Source: Vitrella brassicaformis CCMP3155 (taxonomy: Eukaryota > Protista > Chromerida). From it: a stretch of 64,000 bases of DNA. This document shows positions 38,001 through 50,199 of the stretch, piece after piece. The stretch's first letter is position 1. Every line of letters begins with the position of its first letter. The notes below the pieces were generated by a model. The model saw only the letters and a program-made list of their open reading frames with translations, searched no databases and was not told the origin of the DNA. Made by a program: the position numbers and the translations under genes. The DNA is taken from positions 226,408 to 290,407 of the forward strand of contig CDMY01000708.1 of the NCBI GenBank assembly GCA_001179505.1, given 5' to 3'.

Positions 38001-38683
38001 CACGGGCAGCAGCGTGCCGTTCGAGCAGTTTGAGCAGGCAGTGGACTACCAGGTCAAGGAGCTCGCCGCCCAAAAGATACCGATCCACGCCCTCTTTGTC
38101 AGACGCGCCACCGTCTCCCAACCCACCACCACCAGCACCTCCACTCGAGCAGCAGCGGCCGGCAAGAAAGGTGGTCGACACACTCTTCCCAGCGGGCCTA
38201 AAGACGGAGCGGTGAAGACGTTTCCTTAATTAAGAAAAGGGCCCTTGATGTACTTCTCAGCACACGGGCATGTGGGCGTATATGCGTGTCTGTGTAGCGT
38301 CCGCGAGGGGCTCATTTCTTCGAGAGCCTGCACAGGGAAGCCCGGGAGCGGCGCGACAAGTAAGACAGACAGCCGGCCGACACGACACACGCACCCAAGA
38401 GGACGTGTGTGTGATGCCCGATGGATGCAGGCGTGACGCTCTCCGCGAGCAGAAGGAGAAGACCGAGCTGGACAACTGCACATTCCAGCCTAATGCGGGG
38501 TGTGCACACCACCACCACCATATACACCGTCCCCAGCCTCGTGTGCCGGGCAGCCGTGGCGATGGCGCAGCGTCTGCACCAGCAGCTGCAGCTGCAGCAG
38601 CAGCAGCAGACAGGGAGGTTAGTGGGGCTGCGGGTGAGGGTGAGGGAGGTGGTGTGGGGGATGACATTGACGAGAGCTTCTGA
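35089..38683 (+). CDS. Large multi-exon coiled-coil protein with repeated (C/A)TFxP motifs and an EF-hand-like loop; probably cytoskeletal/ciliary
   Basis: Start in strong context (ccaccaccATGG); N-terminal 'LIVTVDIGKDKQDKIHVRKG|DDPRTTAENFIKLH'; motifs RFKP, TLKPNI, CTFKPDI, ATFRPQT, LFKPKTG, CTFQPN; 'LFRAVDADRDGVL'. Confidence 0.65.
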
Positions 38684-39006
38684 TGGATGGATGGATGGCT
38701 GCATGCAGTGACTGATAGGAGTGGACTCGTACGCGTGTGTGGACGGGTATGCGTTTGTCAATGATGGAGACCTTCGTTGTCGACGAACAAAATCAGACGA
38801 ACAAATCGGAAAGCAGGTCTGTCTTGACACTTGACATTCGCGTGAAACCGCTCTCTCTCGGGCGCCCACAGAATTCGCCTGGCCAATCCCCAACCCACAG
38901 ATCTCTGCTGGGGCGGCCGTATCACACATCGTGCTCCACTCTGAGACTCACGGGTCACCACGTAAGAGCTGGGAGGAGTGTTGACTCTGCCTCCTTACGC
39001 GTCAGG

Positions 39007-40912
39007 ATGGGTAATAAGTTGTCAAGCAACAGTCCCTCGGACAAGGGCGAGGGGAAGGACAAGAAGGGAGCATATGCATCATCATCGCTTGAGGTCAGAA
39101 AGAACACACCACAAGCATGCCACCGGTTGAGTGTCGTGTGTCATCACATTGCCTCTCCCTCTTCTGCCTTGTGTGTGTGTGTGTGTGTGTGTGCGTGTGT
39201 ATTAGGTGGCTTCCACTATCGGTGCTGCGTCTACGCGGGCGCCAACCACCGGCACGTATAGTGACACTGTCGGCAGCGGAGACGATAATATGACACACGT
39301 GGTGGGAAGAGCACCCCAAGGCACACGCAGCAGCTGCACCAATGGATGGATGGATGGGTGGATCCCTCTGTGGTTTGCTGTGTCAGGGTGGTGCGACTGA
39401 GATGTCCGGATCGGTCAGCGAGATGATGCCCCTCAACCGTATGTGTACACACATGCGGAGATCACATGCGCGCAAGAACGGTTGTGTTGCTTGGCGCTGC
39501 AGACCGCCGTGAGCGGCACCGGCAGGCCCGCCAGGGCGGGGGTGCCGGTGGACGTGTGGGTGGCGACCCGTCGGACGATGAGGGCGGGTCGAGCGACGCC
39601 GAAAGCAGGAGTGACGAGAGCAGCAGCGGCGATAACGATGATGAGAATGATGGTCAGCCACCCGATGGAGACAAACAGACACAGAATGAGAGTGCGTCGA
39701 TCGAACCTTGGGTGCGATTCTCGGTCGCAGACGATGACGATGAAGACGATGAGCCCGAGAGCTCTGGTAGGCGAATGCACACACTTTCACACACATGCCG
39801 ATGGCACGACGCACACCGCACTGCTGTGTGTGCCGTTTGTGTGTCAGGGAGTGGTGGTGACCATCTGAGCGACTCCACCTTCAAGCAGCCCAAGGCGGCC
39901 GGCAAGGCGGCCGGGCCGACAGCCTCCATCCACCAGTCGACCGTCCGAGGCGTGCGCTTTGACGAGCAGCGCCAAACGTGGTTTGCCGGTGTCAAGGAGG
40001 GCGGCAAATGGAAAGAGAAGAGCTTCGCCGTGAGCGTGTATGGCTACGACAAGGCCAAGGCAGAGGCAAAGGCGTGTCGCCGGCAGAACGAGCAAGACAA
40101 CGAGAAGGCCGGCCACCCCATCAAGAGGCTCAGCAAGAACGAGATCACCGGCGTGCGTCGCGACGACAAGAACAGACGGTGGGTCACGGCATGGTACGAG
40201 AATCGCGAGATCAAGCAGGAGTACTTCTATGAGGACAAGTTGGGTGAGGAGGGCGCCAGGCAGGCGGCCATCGCGCGGCGGGAGATGATGGAGAAGATCT
40301 GGCCCAATCAGCGAAAGGTACGCGAGTTTGTATGAATGACATGTGTGTGGCTTGCCTTGCTCATTGGGTCTGTGCGTCCCTTCCCTCTCTGCTCAGACTG
40401 TCCCCAGTCTCGGCCGCGGTAGCCGGAAGCTCATCGACCAGCTGCGTGTCAAGAAGGTCAAGGGCGTCTACTTCGGCGAACGCAACAAAGCGTGGCTTGC
40501 GCAGTGGTACGAGCGCGGAAACCCGCGGTTCAAGAGCTTCCCCATCAACAAGCACGGCGGCATCAAGAAGGCCTACGACAAGGCCGTCGCGTGTCGCAAG
40601 GCGGCGGAGGCGAGCGGTGCGGCGAGCATCCAGCAGCCAGGCGAGAGGCAGAGCGGCCACACGGGTGTGAGCTGGCACAAGCAGAGCAAGGCATGGATGG
40701 CCAGCTGGCGTGATGTGTCTGGCAAGCAACAGTGCCGCTACTTCCCTGTGTCTTCGTGGGGGGGTGACAGCGAGGCCAAGGCAGCTGCGATTCGCTGTCG
40801 GGAGAAGATGGTTGAGCAGACCAAGAGAGAGAAGCAGGACAGGCAGGTGTCGTCACGCAAGCGGCCATCTGGGGCGACAGAGAGCCGCAGGGTTCGACGG
40901 AGGGTGAAATAG
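39007..40912 (+). CDS. ApiAP2-type transcription factor with four AP2 domains (paralog B)
   Basis: 'VRGVRFDEQRQTWFAG', 'ITGVRRDDKNRRWVTAW', 'VKGVYFGERNKAWLAQW', 'GHTGVSWHKQSKAWMASW'; exon structure matches paralog A. An alternative upstream in-frame ATG lies at about 38761. Confidence 0.88.
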
Positions 40913-42029
40913 GTCGGGGGGCATGCTAGTGCCCACTCACTCTCCCTCCGGTCGGACGAAGGGTTTTGTCGTGTCTGTGCATTTGTGTCTTTTTTGTGGA
41001 CGACTGCTTGGTGATAGATGGCCGCACGGTTTGTGTGGGGGGGCAAGTATTTGTGTGTCAGTCGGGCCAGTGGATTTGTATTGCCAAGTGCTGCGTGTGT
41101 GATGTGTACGTACCGCGGTGCTGACATGGAAACGGAGGGAGCGCACCACCACACACAGGTCCCTCTCGCTGTCTTTCTGTCTGTCGGTCGGTCGGTCGGT
41201 CTGTCACCTGTGTGTGTCCCTTCCTGTGTGTGGTGATCGATCATGATGAGAGCGTATCCATCAGCGGCTCATGTCTATGTGTAGGAGGAGGACAGACAGA
41301 GAGAGGCGGATGTCGTTATTGTTACAGCACAGACAAACACATCACGGGCGACTCACATGGCGCCGAACTTTCGACTCACTCGTGTCTGTCTTGTGCTGAA
41401 TTGCGTATGCATCGTATGTTCGTGGGCTATGTAATTGTCCGGCTGAGTGTCTTCCCCTTCACACGTCACCACACCTTACCCCGCACCCCACATCAGACAA
41501 GACACACACACACACATCCCTTCTCATCATGGGTCTGTTCTTTCATATAAGCTCCTCAATCACTGAGAGACGTATGTTCGCAGGCAAGTGGTGTTTTCAT
41601 TCATCGACCCACAGAAAGACAGACAGACAGACAGACAGGCAGGCAGCCGGCAGTCGGGCAGCGAGAGAGCAGTGGAGAGAGCGTTGGTGTCAATGAGTGC
41701 CGTGCGATTTCTCTCTCGCCCTGCAGCCAGCCCTGCCCACACACGCCATTAGCCGGCTAATAAGACGGCAAAACACACGTCAAAACAGACAGACAGACAG
41801 ACAGGCCGACAGAGGGAGGGAGGGAGGGAGGGATGGAGAGAGACCACGCCACGAACCGCACCCGCACAAAGCGCTAAGGAAAAAGACGACGTGTGTGTCG
41901 CTCGGGGCTAGCTTTCGAGCCCGCAGAGACGCGAGCAATCCCCACCCCCACACATACTAGATGGCACACACCGACCGAGCGCCCACCCCGCGCTCACTCG
42001 ACTCACTCGACTCACTCGAGCTTGCCGTT

Positions 42030-43628
42030 TCATGCCTTCTTGTCGTCGGTAATGACTCGTTTGTCGACAGTGTACGTCTCGAGGGCCTCCTCGTCGAGCG
42101 ATATGCCCAGCCCCGGGCCGGTGGGCAGGTGCACCATCAGCAGACCGGACGCTTTCTCTTTCCAGATCAGCGACGAGGCGAACGTCGTGACGTCCTTGAG
42201 ACGCAATGTCGACCTGACACAGAGAGAGGGCAGAGAGTGGTTGCAGGGGTGGGTGGGGGGAGGGGTGACGTGTCTGTGTGCACATGAAGCAGTGTCCAGA
42301 TGGGTAGAGTGTGGGCGTGACGGCGGCCAGGTGGAGGGCGGCTGCCTGGGCCACGCCCGTCTCGAGCATCGAGTTGAACAGAATGGGAATGCCATATAAC
42401 TTGGCGACCCCTACACCCATCCGGCCATCCATCCGGCCATGAGTAAACAGCACATCAGCGGGCTTTCTCGCTCTTGCGTGGACTTTTCTCCTCTCACTCA
42501 CCGATTGTTTCCATGGCCTTGCTGATGCCGCCGTTCTTGACGACTTTGACACTAAACACCCCACACCCTAAACACACAGAGACACACACACAGTGCCCGT
42601 CTGCTCCCGTCCGTCACTTTGCTTCATCTCTTCTATCACCTTGCTGCTGCGCAAAGTGGAGGGCGTCTTTGACAGTGACGAGGGACTCGTCTATCGACAG
42701 GGGGATGGACGTCTGTCTCTGGAGGGAGATCATGTCCTGCGGCCGCTCCTTCGACACGGGCTGCTCCACAAACAGCGGGCCCTTCGACTGCAGCGGCTCC
42801 AACCCACGCAACAGCTGAATCGCCTCGTCCTTCGTGAAAGCTGCATCCATGGAAGAGGAGACACAGAGGGGTGGGAGGGAGGGAGCTGTGGAGGGGGCGC
42901 TGCCTTGGCCGCTTGCCTTGGTTTGCGTCGGGCACGATAACGAGTTCCTTGCCGAGTTTCTTGCCGAAGCTCTCTCTGGCGGTGGCGATGCGCTCTATCT
43001 GCATATCTATGTCCTTGATGGCCCCCATCCTGACACACAGACACACACACAGACGCAGACAGGCAGCCAAGAAGAAATATATACAGGATAAAGATGTGAC
43101 AACCGTGGCGCCCCTTTGCCCACTTGAACATGAAGGTCCTGCACACCAAGGTTCCCCAGACATGCACCAGCACATCCATCTCTCATCGGTGCGTTGTGTT
43201 GGGTTCTTGCGCCACATCTCACACACTCACTTGTAGCCCTCCTCGATCTTCTTCTTCATCTGTGCAGTGGGTGTCACATCGTGTGGTGAGCACATCGATG
43301 GCCGGTGTGCCACCGCGCCCGCCCACCTCCTTTTTGTCCTTTTCAGGCTCCTGGTCGCCCATGGGCCACAGCAGATCCAGAGAGGTGCGGAGCGGCCCGC
43401 CCAGCAGCTGATAGATCGGCGCACCCAACTTCTTCCCTGCACCCATCACACAACAGACACGATGGATGGATGGATGGATGGTGTCGTTGGGTTACCGAGT
43501 ATGTCCCAGCACGCAATGTCGATGGCCGCTTTGGCTTGTGGGTTGCCGGGGATGATGGCGTCCATGATACGGTTGATCTCGTTGACGTGCAGCGGATTCT
43601 GGCCGATCAAACTCGGCGCAAGAATCTC
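42030..43628 (-). CDS. Enolase superfamily, mandelate racemase/muconate lactonizing enzyme (MLE-subgroup) protein; 5' exons not found
   Basis: 'LAPSLIGQNP', 'AKAAIDIACWDILG|KKLGAPIYQLLGG', 'GYK|TFMFK|MG', metal ligands 'DANQG', 'EQPV', 'DESL', then 'SVKVVKNGG', 'NSMLETG', 'GPGLGISLDEE'. Confidence 0.85.
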
Positions 43629-43856
43629 CTGCAGCCCAACACACACCCACGTGGGGGCCAGAAAGCAAGTGAACTGATCAGGCCGTCCTGCCGTCCTGTC
43701 GATGATGGATGAGTGTGATGTGCGTGGGTATCCGTGACTCAGATCGATGACTTTGCAGCACTCACCGATATGACCAAGCACAGCCCCGTTGTGTGTGCTC
43801 CGTCGTGCCGGTGAATGCGTGGATGATATCGATCCGAGTACAGGCATACACGACGA

Positions 43857-45083
43857 ATGAAACAGACAATACATAACGTTGAGGTAGGTGCATGGGATTC
43901 TCATGATCCACCACACCCACCCACACACCCGTCCGCCGCTCCACACATCCATCCATCCGTAAAGAAAGAAAGAAAGAAAGAAAGATGGATGGATGCATGT
44001 GTGTGTGTGCGCACATGTCTGTCTCTATCGTGTGTCTGTCGACCAGGGTGCGCTGTCTCAGTCGGACACGGCCGTGTTGACCGAGCAGTCGCAGAAGCTC
44101 AATGCCACACTGGCCAACACCGAGAGGCGCATCAAGGCCGACCCAGGACACCTCGAAGATGACGAAATCATCACATACGCCTCGGTACCCACGCCAGCCC
44201 ACACCTACCTGTGTCTCATCTCGTCTCGTGCGGTTTGGGCATCCACGTATCTCATCTTTCTCGTGTGTTGGTGCCTGTGTGTCTCGGCAGGCTGCGTTGA
44301 GCTTCAATGCGATTTCCAAGGCCATCGGCAGCGGCGGATTCAACAAGAGGCCTGTCGATGAATCGGCCGTCGTCCGTGCGAGCCAGGAAGGCCACGACGA
44401 CATCGTGGTCATGGTGTGGCCGCAGGAAGCAGTCAAGCTAAGGTAATCAAGTGGGCAGAATCACACACACACATGCAAGAGAGAGAGGGTCCATGTGCTG
44501 TGTGTGTGTGTGTCTCTGCCATGACTGGCTGCAGTAGTCTGGTCCGAGCCGCTCGTGCTGGCCAGGTGTATGAGCTCTCGTACCATTCTGAGATCACGCA
44601 CCGGACCCACCGCATCTTCCTGACAGACAAGGATGTGAACAACACGAGAGGAGTAGCCAACGACCAACAGGTGCGTACGTGAGTATATGCGTGAAATCGT
44701 GTCTCCATCATCTCGTTGTGTGATTCAGGGTCCGCTTCGCCGTGTTGGCCAGCAGGCGGAGAAGCTCGGCGCTTCACTGGCGCAGACCGAACTCGCCATC
44801 CACAAAGATGAGAACCATCTCACAAACAACGATACCAAGAAAAGCGAGTACGCCAAGGTGAGAGCGGATTCGAATCGGGAAGACACCCATGCGCTAACAC
44901 ACGCATATCTGGGTTAGTTTGCAGGCGGCGTTCGAATTGCATTCGTTGTTTGTCGCTCTCGGCATTGACAAGGACTTCAAGCTGACGAGAGTGACCGGCA
45001 GCACCGTCATGGCGGCGGTGCGAGGCGACACACAACACAACGATATTGTGGTCTTCACCTGGCCGCAGGCCGCCATTGCATGA
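43857..45083 (+). CDS. Hypothetical ~250-aa protein built from two copies of an unrecognised ~100-aa domain, 6 exons
   Basis: In-frame GT-AG joins. Repeat 1 'G.L..EQSQKLNATLANTE..I..D..HL..YAS|AA..DDIVVMVWPQEAV'; repeat 2 'GPL..QQAEKLGASLAQTE..I..D..HL..YAK|AA..NDIVVFTWPQAAI'. Confidence 0.65.
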
Positions 45084-45912
45084 CCCAGACAGACGGCCCA
45101 CTTCCGTGTCGGTGTCGGTTAGTGATAGAATTGATGCTGGCTTCCGGCCATGTGGATGTATATAGGCGTAAGACCTAATCACATACGTGAGACAGACATG
45201 TTGGTGTGTTCACGAAGTGATTTATGGCCTGAATTGTTCCTCAGTGCTTCTCGGGAAGCCGCAACACGCCACCAACAGACATATACACAGAACCCACACA
45301 TGCGCCTCATGGATGCGTTTTTCTCGAAGCATCTTCCCTCCTCGCCCATCCCATGCGCCCTAATGCGCCCCTGGCTCACTGTGCCTCTCTGCCTCTCTGA
45401 CTCGCCATGGGGATGGATCAACACCACTCCTACTGGCACGCACGTACCTTGGCTTCAATTTGAAGGGATGTCAGCAGATGTCGTGCTACGATGTGTGTCG
45501 TGTACAAGAGGGATGGTATCACCGTGTGTGAGGCTCTCGTGTCTGTCTGGATGCGATGCGATGCGATGGAAAAACATATCATATGTGGCTGGACCGACCA
45601 CGGTGTGTGCAGTGCAGTGCAGTGCAGGCAAGCAGATATTTTTTACTGCAATTAGCAGGTACACTCACTGGCCGAGGGTCCTTCCGATCCTATCCACACC
45701 ACTGGCGGGCAGGCAGGCAGGCAGGCAGGCTGGCTCTCGTATGACATGCCGCGTCCATGGCATGGATACAACAGCTCTCACATCAAGCCATCAAGCAGAG
45801 AAGAAAGAGCCTCTGTCTGTCATTCATTCATCTAATTGATTGGTCGTCAGTCACATCACTCACTCACCCCAGCGAGCGAGAGAGTCACTCGCCCTCCCTA
45901 CCCTACCCTACC

Positions 45913-46381
45913 CTACGCCTTCTTGGAGCTGTTTTGCTTCTTGGGCTTTTGCCACTGCACGGGGTTCATGTTCCACCATGGCCACGATGGAAGACACACC
46001 TGAATGAATCAATGAATGAATGCCACCATACAGACACACACACACAGACACACAGACAGACAGACACACGCACGCAATGCAGCTGAGGTCACATCATTCC
46101 ATCGCTGGCTCCGCACTAACCGCAGCCGAGAGGACAGTCGCGCCGAGGATGCAGAAGAAGGTGAGGCGGAAGGACTGGTTGACAAAGCCGAGGACGAAGC
46201 CCACGAGACCCACCGTCCATATCAACACACTCTGCACTATCGACGCGCGGTACTGACCCTTGAAATCCTGACACACAAACCAACCAACAAAGAAACAAAG
46301 GCACACAAGAGCAGCGCATCTGCACCAGCGCACTGTGCGTAATCGTCCTTCCCTCCACCCGGCTCTCACCATCGTGTTCAT
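45913..46381 (-). CDS. SPCS1: Signal peptidase complex subunit 1 (SPC12), 3 exons
   Basis: 'MNTM|DFKGQYRASIVQSVLIWTVGLVGFVLGFVNQSFRLTFFCILGATVLSAA|VCLPSWPWWNMNPVQW' follows the SPC12 pattern with two TM helices. Confidence 0.9.
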
Positions 46382-46572
46382 GTAGGCAGCTCGTCAGTCA
46401 AGCGGATAATCTGCTGTCAGCACCTCGTAGACGATGACTTGCGGAGACGCTTCGGCAGCTTGGATCTGTCGGCGGCAACAACAACGACTTGCGACCTTGG
46501 CATTTCTGATCTCGCAGCAGGCGCGAGGCGATGAATTGAGGTTGGAGGAGGGATGTACGAGCAGTGGACGTT

Positions 46573-49500
46573 ATGATTGGTTTCAGCTTTATTGTGGCGC
46601 TTCTTCGCCAGGCAGACGCAGCCATGACGGCATTCAGCAGCCGCGGCGCCCTCCAGCTGCCATCAAAGCTCACAAGAGGCAGAGATCCAGCAGCTGTGAG
46701 ACGGCGGCAACCTCATCGGCTAACCTTGGTGCCATATTATGCTCGGTGTCGTCGGCGTGCATCCGGTGTTGTGCTGCAGATGAGCTCTTCCAGCGACGAA
46801 CGGCTGCCTGACGGTGCAGAGGACGCCATCAAGTACATGCTCGAGTCGACGCCAGGCATGGAGAAAGAGTTCTCGGGCAGCGTCAAGGCCGAACTCCTGG
46901 CGCTCACCGACGTCGACACGGCCAACAAGACGCTGTCATTCAGGACACAGGGGGAGGCGTTGCCATCATCGCCCGTCACTTTAACCTTTGCAAAGGATGC
47001 TAGCGGGGAGCAGCTTACCAAGGAGAATGTCACGATTGTCGGGCGGGCCATGACGGCGACCACTGAGGAGAGGCCTGCGGAGTTCCGGACGGGTCTGGTC
47101 ATCAAGTCAGTGCAGCGGGCGGTGGGGAAACTCGGCCTCGCCATCACCGAGAAGGCAGCTGCCGATATCAAGCTGCTAGTGGTGAGTGAGATAGAGAAGA
47201 TGTGAACGCACACAGTACATCTGTCCTGTCCTCTTCGGCACTGCATGTGTGTGTTCGTGTTGTGTTGTCTTGATTCGATTCGTGTAGTCCATCGGTGAGT
47301 TCATCATGGAGAAGGCCATGACCGACACGCAGCGAGTGTCCAAGCAGGTGGACACGGCCACGCAGGCCCTGCTGCAGCAGATCTTCCCCCAATACGCCAA
47401 CCTCACCGTCAGCCAGGCTCTCATGCTCCTCCCCATCCTCCCGCCGGCCACCAGCGAGCGGCTCCTCCAGACACTCCGCTTCACGGGCAAGCCGCGAGAC
47501 GCCGTGCTGGCCGAGCTGTACCAGAGGGAGGTGGACAGGCGGTTCAACATGCTCAAGGCGGTCTCCAAGGCGCCGACAGGGCTGGCGGGCATCCCAGACT
47601 ACTTCTACAGCATGAGGAAGGAAATGGTCGACGGCCCCGCCGGCCAGAGGCTCGCTAAGCGGTTCCCTGGACTCGCCTCGCTGCGTGACGCCGTGGCGCG
47701 GCGGGGCAGCAAGATACTCCTTGACGACAACCTGCAAGACCTTGTGGAGCTCGCTGAGGAGGAGCAGTGGGGAGGGGCGGCAGATGCAGACCGCTCCGAG
47801 TGGGGGCCTGCCAGCGGTGGTGCTGACGACATGGCCCACAGTGCGGGGAATGCGTCGTCTCCTGGCCGGCCTGCGTCGATGGAGGAGATCATCGCCTACC
47901 AGAGGGGGCGGTGCGAGTCGCTCCAGGCGGGCAGCGAGCTGGAGCGGCGGGCTGTTAACGAGACGCTGCCGACGATTGAGGCGCTGCTCAAGGCTCTCAA
48001 GGCGGTGCAGATGACACCCGTGGGCAACACCACCGTGTCCAGCTCGCCTGAGCGGTCTCTGCAGCTGGTGGACGTCGCAATGAAGGACGCAGAGGCGACA
48101 CTACAGCGCAGCCTGACGAAGGAGCGACATCGGCTGGAGCGCCTGGATGTCTCGGTGGACCACACCATCGCACTGAGGGTGGGCAGGGCACCCACACACA
48201 CAGGAAAGAGATGAAAGATAGCTATATGCATCCGGCGGACTTAAATCTGTCTTCTGTGGATCGGATCTGTGTGCGTGTCAGGATCGGTTGGCGACTCTCG
48301 AGGGTGAGGGAGCCGAGGGTCGGGTGGCGAGCTTTGACGTTGGGGAGGAGCTGGACAAGAGGCAGCTGCCTCGGCTCACGTCAGCACTGGACCAAGAGGC
48401 CGCCGCTAGGAAGAAAGAGCTCAAGGCAAGCAACCCCGAGAACCATACACCCACATCTGCCCACCCCTATCTGTGCTTGCGTGACCCCCTCCCATTTGTG
48501 CAGGCTACTCTTGAGGCTCTTCAGAGTCTCCAGAAGAGTTTTGAGGACTTCTTGGAGCCTCGTCCAGCCAATGAGGAGGCATCCCTCGTCCAGGGCGTCG
48601 GCGGCGGCACAGACCCCATGGTGCCTCCCCGACCGACCCCTGTCAACGACAGCCCCCCTCCACCGAGGACGGTGCGGCCTCAGCCAACCCCTGTCTCATC
48701 TGCAGCCACACAACCGTCAAACCCCTTCCCATACCAGGACGGCAGACCGGCAGTGGTCCCATCGCCGTCGCAGCCCTCCTCGCCTCTAGGGGTCCTGGTG
48801 CCTGCAGCCGACGCACACGAAGGCCTGAATCCACATCTTCTCCAAAGGGCAGATGCTCTCCCTGCCGCCGTCCCACCAGCAGCAGCGGCCGATCCGGCCG
48901 TCGTGTCGGCGCTGCAGAGCCTGAATGCCTTCACCGGCCGTGCAGTGGAGGCCCTCGAGCGGTATGACGTCGATCTGCAGTCGAAGCGTCGCGAGTACGA
49001 GGAAGGCAAGAGGCCGGTGCTGCTCAACGTGGCGGGCAAGCTGGAGGTCACCAAGAGGCGGGCTCTAGAGGTCACACTCGACAGGCAGCTGAGTGCAACA
49101 GCGGCACCAGCAGCCGGTGGCGAGGAGACCGAGTCGGATCGGAAGCAACGGAGCGCTATGAAGGCCGGCGATGTCAACCTGCAAAGTTCGTGACCTCAGG
49201 GAGCGGAGCGGAAGGACTGATGGGTGTGGCGTCGTCTATGGTGTGGTGGCATTCTCTGTTGCCTGCAGGTCTAGCGGCAGCATTGGTGTGGTCCGAGGTG
49301 ACCAAGAGTCATCCCTCGGTCAACGAGACCGCCAAGCCAGTGGTGTCCCAGGTGGTGGTCAGCGAGCTGGGGTACTCGGCAGCTGAGGTCTTTCTGAGGA
49401 CGGGCGACGCCGCCCTCTTCCTATTCGAGACCGCCCTGGACGTCACCAGCAGGACACTCAGAGCCGTCTTCGTGAGAAGCACCTTAACACATGCCGTCAT

Positions 49501-49694
49501 CCATGCAGCCATGTATCGGTATGTGTGTGTCTGTGTGTATGCAGTCCTTTGAGGCGCTGTTTCGGTCTCGGTTCACGTCAGCCTTCTCTGACCCCCTTCG
49601 GAGTGACGGCGAGAGGCGCGGGTGGCGGCTGCTGCGGTCAGTGCGGTCACAGCTGGGCGTGGACGATGACGACCTCACCAACTATGCGGACTGA
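46573..49694 (+). CDS. Large hypothetical protein with bipartite plastid-targeting-like leader, helical/coiled-coil regions and a Pro-rich linker
   Basis: Signal-like 'MIGFSFIVALLRQADA..TAF' followed by an Arg/Ser-rich transit-like segment; long ORFs 46780-47190, 47290-48180, 48280-49160 and 49270-49694 joinable by GT-AG introns. Confidence 0.6.
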
Positions 49695-50199
49695 CTGACG
49701 AGGCAGTGGGCGGCCTCGCTTCAGCTCCCTTATTTGTACAGATGGCGGGGCAGGGGGGATGTGTGGCTAAGGTGGCTAGTTGGGTTGGGTAGTGGAGTCA
49801 TGTGTATGTATCTGTACAAGACAGAAGAGAGCCAAAAAGATTTTTGAAGGAGAGGGCGAGTGGAGAGCAAGAGGGTCAGCGAGAGGGAGCTTTAAGATGT
49901 GAGTGAGGGCCCTCAGTTTTCGGTGTACGGCCGGCCTTCTAAATGACGAACTGAAGAGAGTTTTCGCGTTTAGTGGTGGCTCGGCCGACCAGGTCTTCCG
50001 TGGATTTCGGAAGCCTGTTAGCCATCGCGCCCCGCATCCCATCCATTTTTGTGTCGATAGCCGTACGTACGTACATGTGCATTGCTTTGATTGGAGCAGA
50101 GCAGACGAGGTATGAATGACATCGGAAATCGATCGTCTTCTTCTTGTTCAGCAAAGAACAAGTCAACGTACATGTCCATCATTGCAATGAGATGAGCAA

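Larger units (their letters stand above)
21465..41495. repeat. Large imperfect inverted duplication: about 21465-24640 (minus) versus about 39210-41495 (plus), covering the ApiAP2 genes and 3' flanks
   Basis: Exons, introns and flanks align in reverse complement, e.g. 'ggcaatacaaatccactggcccga', 'acacaaaccgtgcggccatctatc', 'gtcaccacaccttacccc'. Confidence 0.85.

Noticed and set aside
21465-41495. Interpretation of the inverted arms as a giant DNA transposon or composite element
   Set aside because: The arms are diverged intron-containing host genes; no transposase, clean termini or TSD was seen, and the cargo is housekeeping genes.
33281-43628. SnoaL + AP2 + MLE as a biosynthetic gene cluster
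   Set aside because: The genes are interrupted by unrelated ones, there is no PKS/NRPS or other scaffold enzyme, and the MLE gene may be truncated.
45896-45915. (CCCTA)n run resembling telomeric repeat
   Set aside because: Only about 4 pentamer units at the SPCS1 stop; not a telomere hexamer or heptamer array.
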